Source of the DNA: Phaeosaccion multiseriatum
Lineage: Eukaryota; Protista; Ochrophyta, other classes
Assembly (NCBI GenBank): GCA_965112735.1
Contig: OZ218952.1
Coordinates: forward strand, 5,084,001 to 5,148,000
Length of the DNA: 64,000 nt
Direction: 5' to 3'
In this document: positions 1-10,600 of the stretch, in pieces
Layout of the letters: each line of letters starts with the position of its first letter
Position numbering within the stretch: position 1 is the first letter of the stretch
The notes under the pieces: generated by a model
The model's database searches: none
The model's input: only the letters and a program-made list of their open reading frames with translations
What the model was told of the DNA's origin: nothing
Translations under genes and position numbers: made by a program

Positions 1-53
1 TGCTAGTCAGTCCTGTCACCAAGTACCTACTAGTCCTAACCTCGTCCTGTTAC

Positions 54-2430
54 CTGGTATTTCTTGTACAGTGCAAACACCTCGGCCGTGTATCTGGCGG
101 GCACCGTGGTGATGGAGAATGTGGGCTTGCGGTGCTTGGCCTGTTTGGGTATCTGCTCGGGCATTTGCTTGGGCAGCGGCGGAGGAGACACCGCCATCGC
201 CGCCGGAGAGGCAATTTGAGCTTCAGTTTGAGCCTCAGTCGCACCCTCTTCTCCCTCGTGTGCCGTGGCGAGGGGCGGCGGTAGAGACGCATCTCCCCCT
301 CTGTCCTGCGGCCCTTCGCCTGAACTCCCTCCACCACCACCCACTTGACTTGCCGCAGCACCGCCCAACCCCCCCCCTGCCGTCGCTATTGTCAATGCTT
401 CTAGCGTATGTCCTGCGCCCTCCTCGTCGCTGACCCTCATGGCCGTCGCCGGATCCCGTCCCCCCTCGGAGAGCTCCCCCCCGGGGCGCAGCTGGAAGTT
501 GAGGAAGCCGTTGTCCGCCGCCGTTACGCTGCGCAGCCCCGACGAGAGCAGGGCCGAGGGAGACGTCAGAGAGGCCAGCAACAAGTGGGCGACGTCCACC
601 GGCCGGAGCACCACATGCTGTTTCCCGCCCTTGCCGCCTTTGCCGCCTTTGCCCTTCCTATTCCCACCTTCGTCTCCGGTTCCGCCATCCCCTCCTCCCC
701 CCCCCCCCCTCCTCCTCCTCCGCCTCCTCCTCCTCCTTTCCCTGCTGCCGCTGCTGCCCTCTTATTAACCATGGCTGCCAGCTTCATGGCGATGGCCGTG
801 CTGTAATCCATCACGGGCGCCAGTTGTGACTCCGCGACCCCCCCGCCGGCCCTGATCTTCTGCTTGCCCCGCAGAAGAGAGCTCGGTTTGACCGCCCCCG
901 CCTTGCCCACCTCCCCTAGGTCCTCTAGCGACACCCCAGGAAGCTTCCCTGCATCCACCACCTCCCACACCGCCTGCCGGACAGCGGCCTCCAGCCTCCG
1001 ACACACCGCGGCCCGCTGTATCACCAACTGCTGCTGCTGCTGTTGACCTGTGGCATCCTTCTGCCCCACCTTCTGTTCTGCCCCCGTCTCCCTCCGATTC
1101 GATGCGTGGGAAGCCTCGCAGGCCCCGTTCGGAGACCGTTCCGCTGATCCTTGTTCCTTGTGTGTCCCCCCCGCGCCTCCCGCCCGCTGTCGCTTCGGCT
1201 TCTTAGAGGGGCCGACCCGCATCCTGCTCTTCTGCCTCTCTGCCTCAACTTCAGCCTCCGTGTAATCGTGGGTCTCCTTATCAGTCTCCTTCTTAGTCTC
1301 CATCTCTGCGCCCCCCTCCTCCCCCTCCTCCAACATACCCTCCAGGCCCCCCTCCAGGCCCCCCTCCAGCAGTCTGCGCAGCTTGCCTTTGACCCTGCGC
1401 TGCTGCTTGTCGGGTGAGAAGTGAGTCACGTCGAGGCGGATGGTGTACTGGGGGCAGCACGTCTGCCGGACAGAGGCAGAGAGGGGGGGGGGTTGGCGAG
1501 AGTAAGAGTCTGCTTCGCGTTCCAGTTTGCCTGTGGTGGGCGCAAATGCAAGGAACGGCCCAGGCTGCGGTACAGTGGCCGACTGATGGCACAGGAGGGA
1601 GTAAATTGTGAGGGATGAAGCGCACGGGTGAAGTATTGTCTGCACATGACTGTGCAGGACGCTGCAGGACAGGAGCAACAGTGGAGCAGCAGCGGATCAA
1701 CAGCGTAGCAGCAACAGCAGTACCTTGTCCATGATGGGCTTGTAGAGGAAGGTCCCGCTCCTCCTCCAGCCCCGCTCCAGCAGCAGTTGGTAATCCGTCG
1801 CCGTCAAGCGCTCCGCCATCATGCCGTACGACAGGGAGGTCTTCGCCGCGGCCTTGCAGTAGCCTGGGGAGCCGCACAAGGGCGCGATTGGCTGGGGGTT
1901 AGACAGTAGACTCGTTCTGGGAAATGGGTCCCCACGGAACATGGCCTTTTTTGCACACCGCTGGGCGGCGCTAATCCGACGAAAGCTGGGGATGAGGGAA
2001 GGACTTGTATGGACAACAGTGGCTACGGTACTTTGATCCCCTGCACAGGGACAGCACAGGCACAAGTACAGTGATCCCTGCGCCGACGGAATGGCGGGAG
2101 CGAGCCATCGCCGCTCACCAGAGCAACCGCAGCAGCAGAAGACGCGTCAGCGACACACCAAGAGGAGCTTAGCGGGAAGGCAGCCATATAGCACGGAGAT
2201 TCGTCTGCTGCCTTATCCTCCTCCTCCTCCTTACCGCATTTGTTGCCGTAGGGCCCGCAAAGCACCACGACAGAGGGACCCACTGTCCCAAATTCTCCTG
2301 CGGCGCTGCTGACCTCTGAAGCATCTCCACTACTGCTGCTGTTGTCACTGCTGCTCACGTTGCTGCTACTACTGCTGCTACTGCTACTTCTCACACTTCG
2401 CCGCTTCTCGGCCATCTTTTTCTTCGGCAT
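54..2430 (-). CDS. ATE1: Arginyl-tRNA--protein transferase (ATE1), 5' exons; continues off the left edge of the window
   Basis: Exons 2430/2415-2235, 1863-1724 and 1462-54 join as ...NKC|GYCK...DYQLLLERGWRRSGTFLYKPIMDK|TCCPQYTIRLD (ATE_N hallmarks) and ...FALYKKYQ| (start of ATE_C). Junctions are GT-AG. There is one apparent 1-nt frameshift at the poly-C run 697-709. Confidence 0.92.
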
Positions 2431-2457
2431 TACGCAAAGTACTCGCTGGTGAGAATC

Positions 2458-3150
2458 CTGGCGACGATGTGGTTCATCAACTGCTGCAGCCGGGTCCAAA
2501 ATCCAAAATTAAAATTTCTCTCCCCCTCTTGATCCTCTTGCTTGTATTTCAGCAGAGCCACCACGCTTCACCACAAGCTTGACTTTGGCGAGTGCCTAGA
2601 ATAATCGCGGGCCATGCCGAGAACCAAAGGAGAAGGGAAGGGGAGGGGGGGATGACGGAGACGCCAGGCAAAGAAGGCCGTGTCTCAAACGGAGGGTAAG
2701 AGCTATGACCACCAGAGCCCAGTAGAAAGTGGAGGAGGCGATGGTAGGAAGGCAAAGCAAGATGCCCGAACACTCTTGGCGGAGCGGCAGGCGACAATCG
2801 ACGCGCACAACACGTTCGAGAGAGGCGTGTCTGCGGCGAGGGAGGGCCTTCACGACAACGCTGCCCTGTGCTGGTGGCAACCGGAGCACCTACTTTGCCG
2901 TCCGAGCCAAGAGCTACGAGGAGATTGGGGAGAGCAAGAAGGCTTTTTACGACATAACCGGCCGAGGCTATCCGGCTCAATCACGAAAAGGTGATCTGCT
3001 GCCTGCCTCAAGAACCCTTCTTGAAACACAGCCAGCCATGCCGGGACCATCGCCTCTCTAGCTTCGCAAGACGCGGAGGCGTGCAGGCCGCTGGATCCAA
3101 GGGAAGACGGGTGGGTAAGGCAGAGAGAGATTGCGCTTTACTATTAGCTT
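2458..3150 (+). pseudogene. Truncated, internally deleted duplicate of the TPR gene at 23.3-29.7 kb
   Basis: 2458-3068 aligns by eye to ~23282-23890 (upstream region, exon 1, start of intron 1). 3069-3150 aligns to ~28500-28580. The copy contains deletions and frameshifts relative to the intact gene. Confidence 0.9.
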
Positions 3151-4608
3151 CTTGAGGGGGGACTGCGGAGTAGGGCACTCGTTCATGCCACATCGGAAAC
3201 CCGTAGTAAGAGAGGACACTCAACTGGGACACCTAAAAGGCGATTGGCGTAGTGTAGTGCCACTAATGCTTCCAAAGATTCTGAGGGTATTGTTGCACTC
3301 CCCTTGTTACCCACCCCTACCTGGGACGCGTAACCCAAACTGCTCAACTCGGCGATAGAGGCACTGTAGGGGGGGGGGGGGGGGGGAGGGCCCTCTTCGG
3401 CTCCAGACTGGACTATAAACCTAGGCCTAGAGACGAAATGCGGCCGGCCTAGGCGGGCCGCCGGCCGGCCTAGGCCTATTTTTGGCGCAGCCCCCCCGCC
3501 GCTACTAGCTAGCTCCCAGCTCATGGAGCATGTTGTCGAGGAGAAGCGGCAAGGAAAGGGGGCGGGCAAGCGAGGCAGCAAGCTCATCAAGCCGCCAAGG
3601 CCCAAATGCCGGTACTTTGGTCTTGTGGAGAGTGATACCATACCAACACGGACGCTGCCCCTCCTGATGGTGACGTCAGGTACAGGGTTGAATTTACCTC
3701 CGAAAGTCAGTTCCAGGCCTTGTATGGGGATGGTGTTCGATTCGACAAGGCCACTGGGGGCGCAACGAGTACAACGATGGAGGGCTCTAGCATTTCGCAG
3801 GAGCAGTACGACGACTGCCGCACCCTCGTCAACGCAGGGGCGAAGGAGCGGATTCAAGGGGAGGCGCTTCTTGAAGTATGTGGAAAGGCAGCGGGATGAG
3901 TGAGGGTGATGTTGAAAGTGGCATAGTTGGGGTCCCAGCCGAGACCAAACCATAGTAGAGTAACAGCTGTGAATGGAAAGGAAGGAGTGTCTTGGCTTCC
4001 GGGTGCTGGCTTAACATCAGCTTTGCTCTGCTTTAGTTTGGCGCCTTCAGTCTAGCTTGTCGGCGAGGTTCGACAATCCACTCAATGACCCTGGAAGCTT
4101 CCCTTGTTTTTAAGGGTGGCTTTCCAACTGGTCTATACTGGTTCACGGAGTGGGCTCATGACAGAGCCCCTGTATCCTACACACACCTAATCTTACGTAA
4201 GGGGGGTCACTTCACCTCTACCACAGCCCCCCCTTGCCGAGGCACTCAGTGGGGAGGCAAATCACAGCCCACTCAACCGCTAAGTACTGGACGCTAACTT
4301 TATGAAAGTGAAAACAAGTCCAACCAATGGTCGTTTATATGAAAAAGAAAGAAATGCGAAAAAAAACACAACCCCAACCCCAAGCGAACACAATCCAACA
4401 AGAGATGACCCCATTCATGGCACTCGTAGCTACGGTCGTAGAGCTCACTTCTAAACAAGAGCCCTACTAGTCACCAACACCTCCCCATACGTGGGTAGAC
4501 GCCGCCACGCTGAGTCATCCTCTTTCCCAAATACCACCCACTCCCCAGTCCACACAAGTACGTAGCCCTCCCATAGAGCTACGAACCCCAGAGTTGTATG
4601 GCCTCATC

Positions 4609-7600
4609 TTACACTGCAGAGAGGGAAAGTAAGAGAGAGGAGGAGAGAGGAGGAGGACGGTTGTGAGAATAGGTGATGCTATGACACGCACGTCCCCCGC
4701 CCATCCCTCACCATCATCACAAGCATCTCCTTCTCCGTCGTCGTCAAAGTCCTCTTGGCCCGCGTTGGCAACCGCCGGGCAACTACATGGCACATAAGGA
4801 AGAGGGCAATACGGGGCAGGCGGTGGTCGAGTCGCGAGGCACAGTCATCAGTTTCGTTACCAGTGGATAAGCGTACGCTGGCGGACTGCGCAAGACAGAG
4901 AGGTGCTAGCTAAGAGGCAGCGCACGCACGCACACACAAACATGATCAGCAGGGACTGAAGCTGGCATATAGAATGCGCCGCACATGCACATCAGCAAGC
5001 AATGCTCACTCCTCCTCCACCCACTCGGTCCATACTTTCTGAACCACTCACTTGTCTCTAATGGCCACAATGCCGTCCCCGTCGGTGTCTGCATCAGGAG
5101 GGCCGCCACCGCCGCACGAGACGCAAGGGGAGGAGGGGGGTGGGGTTGGCAGAAGCATTTATGTCAGACTGGAAGGCGATGAGTGGGCAGTGACGACAAG
5201 GGAATCCGAGGTGCTCATTTGCCGCGCGAAGAAAAGCAGCGAACGCCGGAGCGAGAGCGACGAGAGGAATGAGCTCAAATCATGCATCCTGCGGGCCCCT
5301 TTTCTCCTCACTATGCATGATTCTCGTTCCTACCTGCACATGGTCCCGTCGAGCCTCTGCCTCCAGCACTTTTGGTGTCGAAGTGTCGCACCGGGCGGGG
5401 TTCACGAGAAAAGAGATTTCACCGCACAACCATAACGTGAGCAACAAAGCGCAACACATTGCAACAAGGGGGGGGGGGGGACGTGAGCGCAACAACTGTG
5501 TGTGGCGGAGAGAAGAGCAGCCAGGCATGTCGGCGACGCACTCCTCGACATGTTGGCCGGCCAACACTCAAACGGGCCGGGGAGCAAAGGGCCTTGTCAA
5601 GTGCTGTGCTTTGCTTGCTACCACTCACCAGGCTTCCCGAATGCAGCATGCTGGGCCAGATTGCTGTGCCTGTTGGTCACAGCCGGGAGTGATAGAGCGT
5701 GCAAAGGAGGTGAGGATCGGTCAGTCATCTTATTACATGGGGTGGTCGGCCTAGGCGTGCACGCATGTCTCCTCGACTCCCCGTTGATCGGGCTGGTCCA
5801 TGTGTGGAGGTCAGGAGAGGGGGGAAGTCTGAAGCGTTGGCCGTGTAGCGATACAACAGGAGCAAGACACACAACCCAAAGCCAGGTGGTGATAGCGAGG
5901 GCGGACTTGGGCCGCACGATTACTCACCGGACAGCGCCTTTCGCCGTTGCAGTTGGCGGCTGAAGTGTCGAAAATCAGGGCACCCTGTGATTGAAGGGGC
6001 GCAAGGCGGGTGTGGATGAGAAAAGGTCAGGCGGCCGCAGGTCAGCAGAGGGATACAGCGGAGGTCAGAAGACGGGGGAAGCTTGAGGCATGGGCCGTGT
6101 AGCGATACGACAGGAGCAAGACACTCGACCCTAAGCCAGATGACAGCGAGAGCGGACATGATCCGCCCGAATACTCACCACACAGGACTCTTGCCCCTCG
6201 CAGGTGGCAATTGAAGTGTCATAAAACTCGGCACCCTGTGATTGAAGGGGCGCAAGGTGGTGTGGATGAGAAAAGACGGCCGCAGGTCAGCAGACGGATA
6301 CGGTGTGGAGGTCAGGAGAGGGGGGAAGCGTGAGGTGAGGGCCGTGTAGCGATACAACAGGAGCAAGGCACTCAACCCTAAGCCTGATGACAGCGAGAGC
6401 GGACATGATCCGCCCGATAACTCACCCCACAGGACCTGTCCCCGGTGCAGGTGGCAGTCGAAGTGTTGTAAAAAATGGCTCGCTGTGATGGAAGAGGCGT
6501 AAGGTGGGGAAGAGAGAAGAGGGCCGCAGGTCAGCAGAGGGATACAGGCAGTGTGGAGGTCAGGAGAGGTGGGAACAAGCTTGAAGTGTGGGCCGTGTAG
6601 CGGTAGGATAGGAGCAAGACACAAAACCCTAAGCCAGGTGGCAGCAGGAGCGGACTTGGGCCTGTGGTGATTAGGTGGCCGCAGGGACCCAAGCCAAGCG
6701 CTAATAATGGCTTAGGTCCCTGGGACAAAAAAAAAAGCGGGGGGGGCAATCCCCCAGTTATACATGTAACCTTTGACCAAAAATGCGCGAGTGGCACTAT
6801 CGGAACACAGCCATACACGTTCCCCGCCCCTGCTGCGGAGTATTGCAATCAATGAAGGTCGAACCCATATGCATACTTTTGTGGTGAATGGCCCCAGGCA
6901 GGGACCTAAGCCATTATTAGCGGCTTATAGTGGCGAAGGTCCCTGAGGCCACCTAACCACCACAGGCCGCACGATTACTCACCAGACAGCCAATTACATC
7001 GCAGGTGGCAGTCGAAGTGTCGTAAAAGTCGGCAAACTGTGATAGAAGGGGCGCAAGGTGGGTGTGGCCGAGAAAAGAGGGCCGCAGATCAGCAGAGGGA
7101 TACAGCGGAGGTCAGAAGACGGGGGAAGTTTGAGGCATGGGCCGTGTAGCGATACAACAGGAGCAAGACACTCAACCCTAAGCCAGATGACAGCGAGAGC
7201 GGACATGATCCGCCCGATTACTCACCCCACAGGAACCTCTCCCCGTGCAGCTGGCAGCCAAATTGTCGTAAAAATCGGTACGCTGTGATTGAAGTGGGGC
7301 CAGAGGGGTATGGACGAGATAAAAAGACCGCAGGTTAGCAGAGGGATTTGTGTGGAGGAGGTCAGGAGATGGGGGAAGCTTGAAGTGTGGGACGTGTAGC
7401 GGTAGGATAGGAGCAAGGCACACAACCCTAAGCCAGGTGGCAGCAGGAGCGGACTTGGGCCGCACGATAACTCACCAAACAGGACAGCAGCCCCGTGCAG
7501 CTGGCCGTCGAAGTGTTGTAAAAATTGGCTTGCTGTGATTGAAGGGGCGCAAGGTGGTGTGGACGAGATCAGAAAGCCGCAGGACAGCAAAGGGATTTGT

Positions 7601-10600
7601 GTGAAGGAGGTCAGGAGATGGGGGAAGCGTGAGGTGTGGGCCGTGTAGCGATACAACAGGAGCAAGACACACAACTCTAATCCAGGTTGCAGCAGGAGCG
7701 GACTTGGGCCGCACGATTACTCACGTGACAGGAGTATTGCCCCGTGCAGCTGACAGTCGAAGTGTTGTAAAAATTGGCATCCTGCGATTGAAGGGGGGGC
7801 AGGGGGGTATGGACGATACAAGAGGGCCGCAGAGGGGTACATTGGGGAGGTCAGCAGAGGGGGAAGCGTGAGGTAAGGGCCACGCAGCGATACAACAGGA
7901 GCGAGACACACAAAGCTAACCCAAATGACAGCGAGAGCGGACCTGGGCCGCACGATTACTCACGTGACAGGAGGATCGCGCCATGCAGCTGGCCACTGAA
8001 GTGTTGTAAAACTCGGCACCCTGTGATTGAAGGGGCGCAAGGTGGTGTGGACGAGATAAGAAAGCCGCAGGACAACAGACAGATACAGCGTGGAGGTCAG
8101 GAGAGGCGGGAAGCTTGAGGTGTGGGCCGTGTAGCGGTAGGATAGGAGCAAGACACACAACCCTAAGCCAGGTGGCAGCAGGAGCGGACTTGGGCCGCAC
8201 GATACTCACCCCACAGCAAAAATCCTTCGTGCAGCCGGCAGTCGAACTGTCGTAAAATTCGGCATCCTGGGATTGAAGGGGCGCAAGGTGGTGTGGACGA
8301 GAAAAGAGGGCCGCAGGACAACAGACGGATACAGCCAGTGTGGAGGTCAGGAGATGGGGGAAGCGTGAGGTGTGGGCCGTGTAGCGATACAACAGGCAGG
8401 AGCGAGACACACAAAGCCAACCCAAATGACAGCGAGAGCGGACCTGGGGCGCCCGATTACTCACGTCACAGGAGTCTTGCCCCTCGCAGCTGGCAGTCGA
8501 AGTGTCGTAAAACTCGGCGTTCTGCAATTGAAGGGGCGCAAGGTGGTGTGGACGAGAAGAGACGGCCGCAGGTCAGCAGACGGATACAGTGTGGAGGTCA
8601 GGAGAGGGGAGAAGCGTGAGGTGTGGGCCATGTAGCGGTAGGATAGGAGCGAGGCACACAAAGCTAACCCAAATGACAGCGAGAGCAGACCTGGGCCGCA
8701 CGATTACTCACCAGACATGAGTCTTGCGCCTTGCAGCTGGCCGTCGAAGTGTTGTAAAACTCGGCACCCTGTGATTGAAGGGGCGCAAGGTGGTGTGGAC
8801 AAGAAAAGAGGGTCGCAGGACAGCAGAGGGGCACATTGCTGAGGTCAGGAGAGGTGGGAAGCTTGAAGCATGGGCCGTGTAGTGATACAACAGGAAGAGA
8901 CACACAAAGCCAACCCAAATGACAGCGAGAGCGGACATGATCCGCCCGATTACTCACCCCACAGGAACCTCTCCCCGTGCAGCTGGCAGTCAAATTGTCG
9001 TAAAACTCGGCTTCCTGCGATTGAAGTGGGGCCAGAGGGGTATGGACGAGATAAAAAGACCGCAGGTCAGCAGAGGGATTTGTGTGGAGGTCAGGAGAGG
9101 TGGGAAGCTTGAAGTGTGGGACGTGTAGCGGTAGGATAGGAGCAAGACACACAACCCTAAGCCAGGTGGCAGCAGGAGCGGACTTGGGCCGCACGATTAC
9201 TCACGTTACAGGACTTTCGCCCCGTGCATTGGGCAGTCGAAGTGTCGTGAAAATTGGCATCCTGTGATGGAACGGGCGCAAAGTGAGTGTGGCCGCAGGT
9301 CAGCAGAGAGGGGTACAGTGTGGAGGTCAGGAGAGGGGGGAAGCGTGAGGTGAGGGCCGCGCAGCGATACAACAGGAGCGAGACACACAAAGCTAACCCA
9401 AATGACAGCGAGAGCGGACCTGGGCCGCACAATTACTCACGTTACAGGACTCTTGCCCTATGCAGCTGGCAGTCGAAAGGCTGTAAAACTCGGCACCCTG
9501 TGATTGAAGGGGCGCAAGGTGGTGTGGACGAGATAAGAAAGCCGCAGGACAACAGACAGATACAGCGTGGAGGTCCGGAGATGGGGGGAAATTTGAGGTG
9601 TGGGACGTGTGGCGATACGATAGGAGCAAGACACACAACCCTAAGCCAGGTGCAGCAGGAGCGGACTTGGGGCGCACGATTACTCACCCCACAGGACGCA
9701 TCCCTCCAGCAGCTGGCAGTCGAAGTGTTGTAACAGACGGATACAGTGTGGAGGTCAGGAGATGGGGGAAGCTTGAGGTGAGGGCCGCGCAGCGATACAA
9801 CAGGAGCGAGACACACAAAGCTAACCCAAATGACAGCGAGAGCGGACCTGGGCCGCACGATTACTCACGTCACAGGAGTCTTGCCCCTTGCAGCTGGCCG
9901 TCGAAGTGTTGTAAAACTCGGCATCCTGTGATTGAAGGGGGGGCAGGGGGGTATGGACGAGACAAGAGGGCCGCAGAGGGGTACATTGGGGAGGTCAGTA
10001 GAGGGGGAAGCTTGAGGTGAGGGCCGCGCAGCGATACAACAGGAGCGAGACACACAAAGCCAACCCAAATGACAGCGAGAGCGGACATGATCCGCCCGAT
10101 TACTCACCCCACAGGAACTTCTCCCCGTGCAGCTGGCAGTCAAATTGTCGTAAAACTCGGCTTCCTGCGATTGAAGTGGGGCCAGAGGGGTATGGACGAG
10201 ATAAAAAGACCGCAGGTCAGCAGAGGGATTTGTGTGGAGGTCAGGAGAGGTGGGAAGCTTGAAGTGTGGGACGTGTAGCGGTAGGATAGGAGCAAGACAC
10301 ACAACCCTAAGCCAGGTGGCAGCAGGAGCGGACTTGGGCCGCACGATTACTCACGTTACAGGACTTTCGCCCCGTGCATTGGGCAGTCGAAGTGTCGTGA
10401 AAATTGGCATCCTGTGATGGAACGGGCGCAAAGTGAGTGTGGCCGCAGGTCAGCAGAGAGGGGTACAGTGTGGAGGTCAGGAGAGGGGGGAAGCGTGAGG
10501 TGAGGGCCGCGCAGCGATACAACAGGAGCGAGACACACAAAGCTAACCCAAATGACAGCGAGAGCGGACCTGGGCCGCACAATTACTCACGTTACAGGAC

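Noticed and set aside
3360-3950. Poly-G run, CCTAGG/GGCCGGCC palindromes and a short ORF (3523-3903) as a Helitron or TE end
   Set aside because: No partner terminus, TSD or recognisable domain was found. It may be a TE relic but I cannot support the call.
5334-5669. Exact small exons linking the array to the TSP3 exons (candidates 5669-5629 and 5368-5334)
   Set aside because: Cys-containing candidates with donors exist, but I could not build a fully phase-consistent chain, so they are left unresolved.
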